From: Camelus ferus
Taxonomy: Eukaryota
DNA: 64,000 bases
Direction of reading: 5' to 3'
Assembly (NCBI RefSeq): GCF_009834535.1
Contig: NC_045697.1
Coordinates: forward strand, 39,930,001-39,994,000
The translations under genes and the position numbers were made by a program. Positions within the stretch are counted from its first letter, which is position 1; the number at the start of each line of letters is the position of its first letter. The notes beneath the pieces are model-generated. The model was given only the letters and a program-made list of their open reading frames with translations. It did not search any database and was not told the origin of the DNA. This document shows positions 50,501-64,000 of the stretch, piece by piece.

Positions 50501-53500
50501 TTATATTCCTGATTTTTACACTCAAAGACAAAAAATTTTTACAGTATTCCTATCCATTAATGCCTGTTCTACTGGAAAATCCTTGTCTCTGAGTACAGTG
50601 CTAAGCAATTTTGATCGACAACTTGGAGTCAGTGATAATAAGATGGTAAATAAGCCTTCACCCTGTAAGATTTCTAGTAATAGCAATTGAAGTAAAGAGA
50701 AAACATAGACTGAGACAGGGGGCAAATTATTATTTGAAAACACGAGAAAAATGGTCTCTATTCATGTTACCGTTTGTCATTTTCATAGTACTTTTTATTC
50801 AGAAATTCTTCACAGTGAGAACCGTAGGACACAGACAGCAATGAACGTGAGGCCATCATTTGATTCACAGGAAATGGAGATGCAGTAAGATTAGCAATCA
50901 GAGCCAGAGCTAGAACATGAGAGTTTTTGAAACACAGTCCTGAGATTCAGATGTGCTAGCTATTCTGTGCTTCTTTAAAAGGCCAGGCCTCAAGAATTTT
51001 AGTCTTCTCAATGTAAACTGTCTTTTTATTATAGTTGATGTCCATTTAAATGTAAATTTTTTAGTCATTACTGGTAAGAGTATGTCTAATATCTCAGATT
51101 ACAGGTAGCAATCTCTCCCCAAAGCCCCCTGACTACAGAAGTTTCCTGACAAACAGGGATATCCTAATTCAAACAAAATGTAAATTTCAGGAACTGTTTT
51201 CCATGCACAGCTTAATTTACTCTCTATGACCTGAAACAACGCCCATTTGGAGATGCAATGTGTCAGCATAAAATGAGCAGTATCCTGTAACTTTCCACTG
51301 TACCTTTCACTTGGTTTCCAGAGTGTGCATAAGACTTTTTCACTGTGAGCTTGTAAAGCAAGTCAGTTATTTTCTCATGTTTCTCATTCTTCATGATTAT
51401 CACACAAGATGTTTGAAAAGATTAAGTAATAATATTGTTTGAAGACTCTAAATAGGTCAAGTGCCCAATTTTCCCCAATTTCTATTTTTCCCCCCGGTTT
51501 TATTGAGATATTATTGACATATAATGTAAGTTTAATGTATACAACATGATGATTTGATACCTGTATAAGTTGCAAAATGATTTTCACAATAAGGTTGATT
51601 AACACTTCCATACCTTCACGTAATTACCATTTTTTTGTGTGTGATCCCTGATTTCTTTTTGTTTTTCAATTTTATTATTTAAAAAAAATTTTTTGCAAGC
51701 AGAGTTGCATTTCTTTCAGGAGGCTCTAGGGGAGAATCAGTTTCCTTGCCTTTTCAGCTTGAGAAAAGAGCTTACCACAATCAGGTGCTAGGACTGACCC
51801 CCCGTCAGGGTTGCATGCACACCTCAGAACAAATCTTTGTGCCCAGGGGAAACTGTTACTCTTGCAAGGCTGGCGTGGCTAACGATTCCACTGCTGGAAC
51901 CAGTGAGTCGATTTAACTCCGTCTGAACTACACAATGTAATACTTGAAGGGAGTAGTTCTCCTGAGCAAACAAGGAAAATGAGGTGCTGCAGCAATAGGA
52001 AGACTAAGCACTGATCACACAAAAACTAGCTGTTGAATTTACAACGATTAAGAGGAAACACATTCATGTTTTTGATAAAAGGTCAGCCAGGCTGTATAAA
52101 CAACTCAAGGTTTATTGAGTACTGAACACTAGGTGCTACAAATGATGCAAAGATAAGCAAGACAAAGTGCCTACCCTTTAGGAAAAATTGTCAAAAACTT
52201 TGCTTTCTAAGTTTAATGTGACTAAGTTTCCTTACGGAACTTGTTTAAAAGGCAGGTTCCGGGCCCTCTTCCAGACTTATTAAATACATTTTTGGCCCTG
52301 GGGTCTGAGAATCTTAAATGTTTTAAAGCAGGTGATTCTAATGCAGGAGCTCTCTGAACAATACTTTGAGAAACACGTGTGTAGAAGATGTTAACACATA
52401 AACACACACACGAAATGATGCAAGGGAGAAGTGGAAATATTCAAGAGTTTCAAATTGTGTGTGCCAAGAGTGAAGCAAGCTGTGAGATTAATGTCTCAGC
52501 CGTGAGAGATTGATGAAGATTTGGTGGCCATGAAGAGATATATTCCAGCTTTTAACAGGCAGATGAAAGAGCAAAGCAGTCTAACTGAAGGAAAAAGCGT
52601 GAGCCACAGCACAGACCCCCTCGGACACCCAGGAATCCTTTCTAGAGCATGGTCTGAATAGGATAAAAATTGCACTCTTGGCAATAAGGCTATAAAAATA
52701 ACTTAATGCCCCTGAATTTGTACACTTAAAAATGGTTAAATGGTAAATTTTGTTTTGTATATTTAAACTTTTATTTTTTTAGAGTCATTTAAGACCTATT
52801 GGTGGAGGGATTCTATCCAGAAATTTGGTCTGTGGTCTGGGATCCTTGACAGCTGGAATCCTCCCAGCACTTAAAACATGGCAAGTGATCAGGGACATGG
52901 TCTTTAGCAGCAGGAATGTTATGCAAATATTTGCTCCCTGCTTGGGCACAGTCATCAAAAAGGATGGGAAGGTGCGGCTGGCACAGGGGTCGGATTCTGC
53001 TGGAGGCTCCTGCTGTGCCAGCTGTAAACCTTCTCACACAGGTCCTGGGGGAATGGGTGGGGCATCTAGGGCAGTGAAAGGACACTTGGAGGTTCGGGGG
53101 AGCAACTGCTTTACCGACCAAAATGGAAGTGTTTCAATATTTTCAGAACTGGTCTGACAATACCAATGTAAACTGGCTGAACATCAACAACATTCCTGGG
53201 TGTTTTGAGTTCTATTTCCAGCACCCACTTTGCTGCAGGAAAGCTTACAAAGAAGGCTGGATTTGTCTTTTCTTAGCATGTCTTACAGAACTATATCGCC
53301 TCCTCTACACTTGCACTTTTCCTCCTCTGCAAGCTTCCTACCTGCCAATGATCCCCATACACACACCCCTAGGCACCCAGTTCCTGTGAGTACACCTCAA
53401 CACCACAACCTGAATGTGTTCCAGGTTCTGCTCTCTGTCCCCAGATCAGTCCTTCAGCACCTCCCTTACACACCTACCCAAGCTTTTCCCTTACATCAAC

Positions 53501-55671
53501 TTGCCTGACAACCCACCGAAGAAACAGACCTGATAAATCAAGATGATGATTTGTGCTTCTAATGAAACCATGTGGAGGCATCTGCTGTCCAGAATGTTGC
53601 CGTAATTTCCAGGAGAGTGGTTGATTGAGTAGGAGCTATTTTTGAGAACAGAGTCATGTGTGACATCACTCATCTCTCAGAGCACACTATGAGGATTCCT
53701 ACTCACAGATGACATTTGGTACAGCCACTCCTCAAATATCTTTGCTTGAAGGAGGCAGGATGACTAAGTAAAATAACTTTCACCAAGAATCCCAAAACTG
53801 CCATGACTGCAACCTCATTTTGTTAACATGATCTCGAATGTGTCAGTATGTGTTCTGTCTCAAATCCCTTCCCCGCCCACAATCTCTCTTAGAAAATGAA
53901 ACAATGGAATTAAAAAGGTGAAGTAACTAGATGCAATCAGGTATCCTGAATTGGGTCCTGGAACAGAAAAAGGATATTAGTGGAAAAACCAGTAAAATCC
54001 AAATAGGGTCTGTGGTTAACAGTATTGTGCCAACGTTAATTTCTTAGCTTTGACAAACAGTGTGTTAGTTAAGATACTAATGTTAGGGGAAGCCAGGTGA
54101 AATGTACAGAGTACATAGGAACTCTCTGCACTATCTTTGCAACTTTTCTGTAAATCTAAAATTATTCCAAGATAAGAAGTTTATTTTTAAGAAAGATCAA
54201 GAAGGAACAGAATGAAGTCCATAATTAGACTCTATTCAAAGAATTCATTCCAATGATACCAATAACACCCTCGGCATAAAATCTTCTTTCTGGTCATTCA
54301 AAGCAAAGCGAACCCGCATTCTGATGTTTCAGCAACATTCCACAATATATAATTGTTAAAAATATTACACAAAAAAAGCAGTCTGAAAAACAATTAGGAA
54401 AAAAAGCCCACTAAAACACTTAAGAGAAAATATGTTTACATTGATTTAGATTACAGATATGAAGGAAAAAATTAACCATAACATTTGCTTTACTTTTAGA
54501 AGAACCTGTGAATATCATCAAACTGTTGCTTGAAGTACTTCTGGGAATGAGTCCAGGGAAAGGAGAGGAAATTTATATGTTTGATTCTATGTACTTTTGT
54601 ATTGCATGACTTTATTTTTATTTTTTACAATGAGAATGTATTATTTTTATAGTTTTTTAAACAAAGTTTTTTTTCATTAGCAGTTTACACACCATGTGAA
54701 AGAGATAGCTATGTCTGAAATGGAACACAAGCAACAATTGTAACTACAAAATGAAAAAAGTGAAGTAATCAAAAAGAAAAAGAGGGAAGGAAGTTTGCTA
54801 GAGAATACCTTCAAGATGGTCATGGTGCTTATTATGTATGATAGTGAAATGAATTTTTTCACTTCTTTATTTTATGTTTTCTATGGTCAACATGCATTTT
54901 TTTCATAATTAGCAAAATTTTAAAAATTAAAATTACAACCTATACATACATGTATTTATCAGATTGTTTGTACATATATCATGATACATGTTCCTATGTG
55001 GGCTTTTACACTTGAGTAAATGACAAATTTCAGAATATGGATCATAAACGAGCTTCAGAAAAATCCTACATTAAAAAAATAGGCCTCAAGGCCTTGACCA
55101 TTGATGCATAATTGGTTTCATTTCCTTTTTGAGGTTATTTAGAAAAAAATATTTAGCTGTGTACAAAGGCTGCTTTCCAAAATTCTGGAAGTAATGCCCA
55201 TGGAGATGCTGTTTGAATATTCTGGTGATGTGTCTGAAACCAAACATTTGACAAGAATCTTCAAAAGAAGAACTTCAAACCTCTGATTTTCTCTCCCTGT
55301 GGTTTCTTTTCTCATCTCCCTTCAGATATCCTTGAGACACCACATACAAAACAAGCCCCAAAGCAACTCCAGCCTCCTAGCTTCTTCCCATTCCCAGAAT
55401 CCTCTTCCTCTCACCTTGCCCTGGAATTAAAACAGGGCTTGATTCTCTCTAGAAATAAGTCAGATCTGGGGGGAATTTTACTTCCCCTAGGAAGGCACTA
55501 GACCAAGAGGGTCATTCTCAGAGCTAAGTGGAGCATCAGCACCAGGCAGGAGAAGGAGGAAGCTCTCAAGAATAGCGGTGTGGCACAAATAGCCCTGTGG
55601 AACAGAGGAGAGAGAGATTAGCAGCTGGAGTGAGTGTAAACTTTGGGAGGATGTTTAAAGAGGATCTGTAG

Positions 55672-56151
55672 CAATGGAATACTATTCAGCCATAAAAATG
55701 ACAACATAATGCTATTTGCAGCAACATGGATGTCCCTGGAGAATGTCATTCTAAGTGAAGTAAGCCACAAAGAGAAAGAAAAATACCATATGAGATCGCT
55801 CATATGTGGAATCTTAAAAAAAAAAAAAAAAAGAACATAAATACAAAACAGAAGCAGACTTACAGACATAAAATACAAACTTGTGGTTTCCAGGGGGAAG
55901 AGGGGTGGGAAGGGGCAGACTGAGAGTTTGAAATTTGTAGATACTGACAGGTATACATAGAATAGATAAACAAGATTATACTGTGTAGCACAGGGAAATA
56001 CATACAAGATCTTGTGGCAGCTCACAGTGAAAAAGAATGTGACAATAAATATATGTATGTTCATGTATAACTGAAAAATTGTGCTCTACACTGGAAATTG
56101 ATACAACATTGTAAACTGACTATAACTCAATAAAAAAAAATGTTAAAAAAA
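55672..56151 (+). mobile_element. 5'-truncated L1 3' end, related to the full-length element
   Basis: High similarity to ~47421-47890; TSD AAAGAGGATYTGTAG at 55657-55671 and 56152-56166. Confidence 0.92.
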
Positions 56152-58189
56152 AAAGAGGATTTGTAGGAAAGTCTGCCTTATAATGTGCTGCATCCCTCAG
56201 CCCCAGCCCAGTCCAGCATTCCACCTCTATTCCCAAAGCCTCTGAAAAACCCAAGTCCTCCATTTACTAGCTGTATGACCCTGGGCAAATCAGAGTACAT
56301 CTCTGTTTATTGATGGCCTCATCTGTAAAAATGGGGATATGGTGGCACCTACTATATAGGGGCTGTTGTCAGGATCAACTGAATTAATCCTGTTCCATAA
56401 CTGAAACAATGGGTGACTCCACTGTAAGACCTACATAGCTATACATGAATTAGCTACTGTTTTTCTGGGCTTTCATAGTCCAATTGAGGCTGTTTTTAAT
56501 GTATCCTGAGCAGACTGGCTCAAAAGTAATCCTGTAGAATCTGAGCTGTTATTCCAAACTGGGTGACCACTGTCTATCCAGTCACGCAGACTTAAGCAGT
56601 CACCAAGTTCTGTTGCTCCATCTTTTATTTTTTTCCATCTTTTAAAATGTCTCTCAAATCCATTTTTTCCTCTCTGATGCCTTAACTGAATCACTGACTC
56701 TTGCTTAGGTGGCTGCAATAGCTACCAACTTCTTCTTTTCCTCAGGACCTTTTAGCTTTGATGTCCTTCAAACTGGTGCTAGAAATTCTCTAGAATATAG
56801 ATCTGTATGCATTACTCCCCAGCTTAAACCCCTTTGAGTGTGTCAGTAGTCACTCTTTGCTTTTAGCTCAACCTCTGATCCTTAATCCTGCTATTTTCTA
56901 CCCACCTATGTCATCACTGTCAGTAAACATTTTGTACTGGGATGACTCCAGGCCTTTCCATGCATCCTCTCCTTTCTCTGGATTGATCTTCCTATTATTC
57001 TTTAACTAATGAGTTGCTATTTACCTTAAAGACACTAATAAATTTTTTTTTTCCCTTCTTGGAAGTCTTTCTCAGCAACCATAGGCAAAGTTCATCATTG
57101 CTTCCTCTCTGTTTCCATCCACTTGGTACATAGCCCTGCCTTTGCACTTAACACACTGTGCTGGAATTATGTGTTTATGGGTCTGTTTTTCTCAATAGAC
57201 TGTGATCTACTCAGTGACAGAGACTGTAACTAATTCTTTGCTTGTCAGAACCATGCCCACATGCCTGGCACGTCAAAATGTTTAAAAACAATGTGATGAG
57301 TGGATGAATGAATAAATGAGTGGATCAGGATAATACCCCAGGTGACATTGACATCAGTAGGAGAGTAAATACAGAAAAAAAGTAGCAAATAGGATACAGG
57401 GTCCACCACTGTAGCCTTGTGACTTTGGGCAAATTTCTTATTCTCCATGCCTCAGTCTCCTCTTCTACAAAATGGCAACAATAAACCTTTATGGTTGTAT
57501 GATGATTGAATTCATTAATAAATGTAAAGTGCTTAGAAAATTGCCTGGCATAATGTAAGCACTCTCTGTGTATTTGTTGTTGTTTTGGTGGTGGTTGTTT
57601 ATGGAGAAAAAATCACTGTAAACTCCATGAGAGAGGCGATGTTCTGACTTCCCATTTAATTCCTGGCATCTGCTACAGTGCTTCATATAGAATAGACACT
57701 CAATAAAGATTTTTGAATGAATTTCAAAATAATTTAAAAAGAGAATCCCAAAAAAGTAAATGGGAATGCATTTGGCACAAAGTACAAAGATGCTGCTAAG
57801 TTGCCTCAGGTCCTCACCACTGGGCTGGGTGGCTGGGTGACAAGGTGTACTTGGAGTTGCTGAATCCTTCATTTAACCCTCATGGGAACTTTGACTCTGC
57901 CTACCTCAGTCAGAGTGTTCTTTTTAAAGACAGTGAGGGGAAAGGGATGCTGCATACAGGGAATGGTTTAATGATAAGTTAAGAGCCAGGAAAGCCTGTG
58001 TTTCCTTCTACAGCCCCAAAACTCATGACCTGCTAAAGCCACCTCTTCTGGTCGGTGGCTTGATCTATAAAAATCAAACTCTAAGTGCTTGCATGCCCAG
58101 CTGCAACCAGACTATATGATCCTGACTTCAACAATCATTTGTGATCTGCATTGCAAGGACAATGTCAAAATGAGACAAGTAAGGGTGAG

Positions 58190-58553
58190 GTCTTAGTCAG
58201 TTTACACTGCTACATCAAATTACCATAGACTGGGTGGATTATCGACAACAGAAATTTATTTCTCACAGTTCTGGAGGCTGGAAATCTGCAATCAGGCTAG
58301 CACAGTTAGGTTCTGGCGAGAACCCTCTACTGGGTTACAGACCGTTGACTTCTCATTCTATCTTCACATGGCAGGAAGGGAGCCAGCTCTCTGGCCTCTT
58401 CTTATAAAGGCACTAATCTCATTATAAGGGCTCCACCCTTATGACATAATTACTTCCCACCTCCAAATACTATCACATTGTGATTAGGGTTTCAACTTAT
58501 GAGTCTAGGGGATAGAGTAGGGGTGGAGGATACAAACATTCAGTCCATTGCAA
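58190..58553 (-). mobile_element. MaLR LTR (MLT1-like)
   Basis: ACAACAGAAATTTATTTCTCACAGTTCTGGAGGCTGGAA motif. Confidence 0.7.
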
Positions 58554-58569
58554 GTGATTTGTTCCTTTA

Positions 58570-59075
58570 TGTGTGGGGAGGAGGGGCAAAATTTCATCTC
58601 TCCCCATCTTAGGTTTCTAGCTCTTTAACAGAAAGACAGATTAATAACAGAAAAACCATTTATTAATGCATACAGTGCACATCATGTGGGGGGAAAACTT
58701 AAAATGAAGAGTAACTCATAGTGGTGGCTTAGAACTCCGGCTTATATAGCATGTTCAACAAAGAACAATACATTTGTAGAAAAGTCACAGGACAAAGGAA
58801 AGTAATTTTAGGCTTTTGAGTACAGCAAACTGGGGGAAGGTAAATATATGGGAGGAAACTAATGAAGTTAGGTTTGTTTGCAGATTCCTCTGCTGCCATT
58901 TCTGGGTTCATAAGAGTTTATCTCCAGAAAAAAAGAATTTATAACCTGCCTGTAGACAGAAAGGGGAGCAGGTAGGGAGAGGCTTTCCTATGTTCACTAC
59001 TTAATTGCCTTAAGCAAAAAATAATTTTTATGTCAAAGAGGCATATTTTGGGGTGACACATTCTGGTCTCCTTCA
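58570..59075 (-). mobile_element. ERV1-class LTR (MER34-like)
   Basis: Reverse strand starts TGAAGGAGACCAGAATGTGTCACCCCAAAATATGCC; related to 19735-20302. Confidence 0.6.
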
Positions 59076-59772
59076 TTTATTATCCAAAAAGGCCAAGAAA
59101 AGGAGAAAAATGAATAGGATGAATTATTCTACCTTGATTCATTAGTCTGAACCCCAAACTAGAAAAAGAAAGCAAAGAGAGAAGGTGTAACCAGATTATA
59201 AACTTTATGAGGAGATTGTCAAAGTGTAAGTTTTAAGAAGTTAAAAATACCATTCTCATAAAAATATGTAATGAACACAAATCAAAGATTATATTCAACT
59301 AATTAATAGGGAGCTAGCAAGATGGTAAGACTGGTTCCTATTTAATGAAAGAATGTTAGAATAAGATTGCTAAGTTAGATATAAAACTGGTTAATGTTTT
59401 TCAGGGAATTAATTGTAACCTTTGGGGTTATCTTTTCTCTTAAAAAGAAATTACTTACATCTTTGTGGGAAAAAAAACCGTGTCACTTCACTAGATTGGG
59501 ACCTTTACTTAAGAGTAAACAGTGATTTGAACAAGGTATATTCCCCCTAGATTATTAAATATTCTTTGGCTCTGCCTGATAAACAACACTCTCCCATGAC
59601 ACTGAAAAGATATGCCACCCACATTTTTGCTTTATTTCCGAGGTTTAAATAATGGGGTTTTATTCTATTTTCTTCACTGCTGTGTTACCAGCACCTAGAA
59701 CAGTGCTTGAAACTAACAGGCTCTTGATGAATAGTTGTCAAAGGAACGAATGGTTATGTTCTAAGAAAGCCT

Positions 59773-60530
59773 TTGTTAGTCGGTTATTTATAACTCAGAA
59801 TGCATTTTGCTTTAAAGTAACATTAGAAGTTATGGTGATCAGTTTTCTGGTCAGCCCACTAAACTTTCCACCCTGCAACGCACCAAGAGAGTCATGGGCA
59901 GGAATGTTTTTATGAGAAATACATTCATCTATTCGAAACAGAGAACCAGGGCCACATCTCTCCTGCCTCCACAATTACATCCTCTTAACCCCACCCACCA
60001 ACCCCTACCCTGGGAACTTTTTCTCCCCTAAGGTCTCTGTTGCTGGGAAGAGATGTCAGGAATTCCTCACAGCAATGCCAGGTGCTCTGTGTGTGGGCCC
60101 GCAGCAGGCCACAGTTGAAGGGAAAGAAGGAGCAGCGAGCAGACAGTGTTCGGTTCCAGGATGAGGTGCTGTGGGGTCTGGGACTCTGATGGTATAACTC
60201 CCAGTACAGCTCTCAGTCTAGAGTTTTTACGACCTTTCTTTTTTTCTGTAGGTTCCAACAGGACTTGCCTGCTCCCCTTTCACTATCACCATCTTAGGTT
60301 CTGACCAGAGTCTTTCTCTTCTGTAAACCACTGAAGGACGGAATGAGGTCAGGGTGTGGGCCTGAAAGTTTCAATCCTCTAACCAAGCCTTAGTCTTTAT
60401 GGTGATCAGTCCCCAGCCTGAAGCCACCAAGAGTGGCCTCATTAGAACAAAAGGTGCTCCTATCACTCAAGGGGCTTAGGAGCTGTGTACTGGGAACCGA
60501 GTACAAGGACCAAGTGTATATTTGTCATAC
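59773..60530. mobile_element. LTR relic (MER21-like)
   Basis: Recognised MER21-type motifs (CTGAAAGTTTCAATCCTCTAA, CATTAGAACAAAAG..GCTCCTATCACTCA). Confidence 0.45.
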
Positions 60531-63500
60531 CAGCTTCAACATATGAGAACTCGTGGCTAGTCTTGCTTCATCTATACCTTCATCCACTTTCCCCTCACCC
60601 CTCATCAGACTATCTTGAAGCAATCTACATTATAAAATCTCATTCATAACATTTCAATATTGGTCTCTGAAAGATAAGAACTATTTAACGTAACAACAAT
60701 ACTATTACCACAGGTTAAAAAAAGTTAAAAATAATCCAAAAGATCTGCGCATTGTAACTGTTGTCACATACTGCTAATGTTCCCTCTTAGAAGGATGCAA
60801 CAATTTACCTTTTCACCCCGTTTACAGCAGAGCCAGCCCTGATATTAACAATTCTTTCAGAATATGAAAGCACATATATGTATGTATATGCATGACTGGG
60901 ACATTGAGCTGTACACCAGAAATTGACACATTTTAACTGACTGTATTTCAATAAAAAAATTAAAAACAAAACAAAACAATCTTTTGCATCTCCACCAATC
61001 TATGTCCTTGAAAATGATGCCTTCTTCTAAATCTCATTTCTTTGATTGTTAATGAGATTGAGCAACTTTTCATTTTGTACGGGACATGTATATTTCTTCT
61101 TTTACAAAATGCCTATTCATGCTCTCTGTTGATTTTTCTATGCATCGATCTTATGTTGATTGATAAGTTAAAATAGCAAGGATTTTTAACACACATCGCA
61201 TCATCTGTATTGTATATAATAGAAAAAATTTCCAAATGAACTTTATTCTCAAATAATTGTTTAAACTATTCATGGCAAATCATACCATGGTACTCCATGA
61301 AGCCATTAACAAGTATATATTTATCAAAGCCCACAGAATGTACACCACCAAGCGTGAACCCTAATGTAAACTATGGACTTTGGTGACAATGATGTATCAG
61401 TAAAGGCTCACTGATTGTAACAAATGTAACACTCTAGTGGGGGCTGTTGATAGTAGAGGAGGCTGTGGGTGTGTGAGGGAGCCTGAGATGGTGAGAACTC
61501 TTATTTCCCACTCAGTTTTGCTAAGAACCTGAAACTGCTCTGAAAAGTAGTCTATTTTTTTAAGTATATATTGATATGGACAGCTACTATCTAAAATTAT
61601 GTATTAAATATTCATATTAAGATAATTTCTCTCATTGAATAGACTATTTAAATATGAAAATAGTATTTTGCAAATGTATTTAATTACTCAATCATATTGT
61701 TGAATCAACTTTAAATTAAAAAAATAGACTATTATTAATAGCAGATTTTGGTGCATCACAAAATGGAGTGGAAGGTACAGAGATTTCCCTTTACCCCCTG
61801 CCCCACCATATGCATAACAACTATTATCTATTAATCTATCAATATTGACATGGAAAGCAATTCATTATATGTGTGTGTGCACTTAGATATATAATAGTAA
61901 AAACAAAGTTAACAGAAGAATATAGATAATAAGACAAAATTTGAGCTTTAGTAGGTATATTTTTAGTTGCATAGAAAATAATTAGAAAGAACAGCTGACA
62001 CATTTTATTATTATCTCTATTTTATGTGGGAAAACAGAAGCTCTGAGAAGTTAAATGACTTAACCAAGAACAATCAGCTGTAAATGGTGAAGTCAAGAAA
62101 GAAAAGCAAGTCCATCTGGCCTGGAACCTGGCTTAGTCCACTTTAACATTAGGCAGGACAGTCTGTAAGGGAATGCCAGGAGCCACTGGCAGAATGGGGC
62201 AAAAGCTGGGGTTGTGGGTAGATTTACTTTAAGGAGACCATGTACACAGCTGGGATAGTAGAAAAGCAGGGGTTGGGGGGGTGGCGCGCCCACCAAGAGC
62301 CATTATGGAATCAATGGTTCAACTTCAGTTTACAGCAAGACCAACCATTTTTCATTTCAGGGAGCCAAGATTTAAATCCTGTTCTTGGGAAACCACCCTT
62401 GGCTACTGACCCTTGAAACAGTCAAGAAATTAGCTCATCTCAGGATTTGGCAATAATCTTGCAACCTCCATTATCCTATTGATAAGGTTTGGCTTATCTA
62501 GCTCTAGACAATCTGATACAATCTCCCATTCAAGGCAAAAATCTCTACTACAGACTTATGGGTGAATTTTTTTCATCTTTACTAGCTCTGTAAATTCTGA
62601 CCTTTAATGACTCATAGGAGGAGGAGCCTGCAGGCATAGGGATAACTGCCAATCTTTTTGGAGTGGGCTATCTTTTTATCTGAATGTATAACTATTATTT
62701 TTTGTAATCAAATAGCTTTTATTTCAGAATGCAAGGATATTTCAGTAGCAGAAAATTTATCAACCTAATTCATTGCATCAACAAGCTAAAAAGAAAAAGA
62801 AATATCATATTAACAGATACTAAATAAGCACCTGATACAATTCAGAGGCCATTCCTGGTATAAAACTATTTGAATGTATTATTGCAAAATATATTATTTT
62901 ATGTGTGTACATTTTAAATTTATGGAAACAGTATTATATATCTCCTTCGGGTGTTTATGTTTTTTCACTGAGCACTTGGTATTTAAATGAGTCAGCCATG
63001 CAGCTTTACCCACGTCTATCTAACCTGATGCTCCTCACAGAGCCATTAGACTCCATCATATGGATCACATGTTACCTGTCTACTGGCCCAGGGATGAGCA
63101 TCCAGAGAGACTCCAACTCTCTTTCACCCTGGGCTGTGATGCCAGGAACATCTTTGCACCTATAACCACACAGACCCATGTGAAAATTCCTTTGGAATAT
63201 ATATACCAGGAGGAGGATTGCTGGATCGTAGAATATAAGTCTTCTTCACTGGACTAGATTATGACAGAGTCCTCTCCAGAACGGCGGCACCAGGTTAGCT
63301 GCCCGCCAGCAGTGGAGGAGAGCACATTCCTCTTTTCTCTTGGCAGGATCCAAATTTCTGATTTCTTTTGGTCAGCTTGAAAGATGTGAAGTGATATCCT
63401 TATGAATGTTTTGGTTTGCATTTCTCTGATTACTAGCGATTCATGTTTATATTGAGTGACTAACTCCTAGTAAAGTTGATGAACCAATGAGAAGGGTCAG

Positions 63501-63571
63501 ATTGATCCTGCTGCTTCTGGTGCCTCTCACACACCTTGTCCTGTTCCCTGGGTAGGCCAGTACCATTTTTT

Positions 63572-63735
63572 TTTTAATTCTTTTTTTTTTTAACACAGCA
63601 TTCTTTTCTTGGGCAGGGGGGATAATTAGGTTTATTTATTTACTTATTTATTTTTATAGGAGGTCCTGGGATTAAACCTAGGACCTTGTGCATGCTGAGC
63701 ACACACTCTACCACTGAGCTCTGCCCTTCCCTCAT
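63572..63735 (-). mobile_element. tRNA-derived SINE
   Basis: A/B-box remnants; TACCATTTTTT flanks at 63561 and 63736. Confidence 0.82.
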
Positions 63736-64000
63736 ACCATTTTTTAAGCAGCCTGATTGAGATATAATTCAATACCATATAATTCACTCTTTTAAAATGC
63801 ACAATTCAGTGGTTTTTTAATATATTCACAGAGTTGTGCAACCATCACCTGCCATCACTTTCAGAACACTTTTATCAGCATCCCCAAAGAAACCCTGTAT
63901 CCATTAGCATTCATTCTCGATTGTTCCCCCAAACTCTCAAACCACTCAGTTTTCAGCAACCATGAAGCTATTTTCTGTCTATATAGATCTGACTATTCCG

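Noticed and set aside
52813..53508. Cluster of ORFs as a possible pseudogene or exon
   Set aside because: No recognisable protein; resembles old repeat or unique intergenic DNA; a BLASTX search would settle it
48000..64000. Neighbouring gene exons or a second host promoter
   Set aside because: No CpG island or exon chain found; mostly repeat relics

Overview
Mammalian genomic DNA, probably camelid (inferred from the short tRNA-derived SINEs and the L1 lineage). The left third holds the 5' part of HERC6 (RCC1-like domain/HECT E3 ligase) on the minus strand. Coding exons 1-11 run from ATG 21345 down to 2350, all GT-AG, phase-consistent and stop-free, and the gene continues past position 1. A CpG island covers exon 1, with an ISRE cluster just inside intron 1. 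The remaining ~42 kb is repeat-rich upstream DNA with no other host gene that I can support. It contains a young full-length LINE-1 (40796-47892, TSD up to 16 bp, intact ORF1, ORF2 broken by one nonsense codon), an older decayed L1 (~30170-35090), and many L1 3' stubs, SINEs, solo LTRs, MaLRs, DNA transposon fossils and L2 relics. The most novel-looking signal is a 75-codon ORF in the long inter-ORF spacer of the full-length L1. It has a strong Kozak ATG, a splice-acceptor-like tract just before it and a stop overlapping the ORF2 start, and it aligns without gaps to the same region of the older L1. Other points are a 110-bp near-perfect direct repeat bracketing the symmetric 60-nt exon 10 and a tandem TGACGTGG repeat upstream of the promoter. 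Repeat family names are from recognition by eye and their boundaries are approximate.
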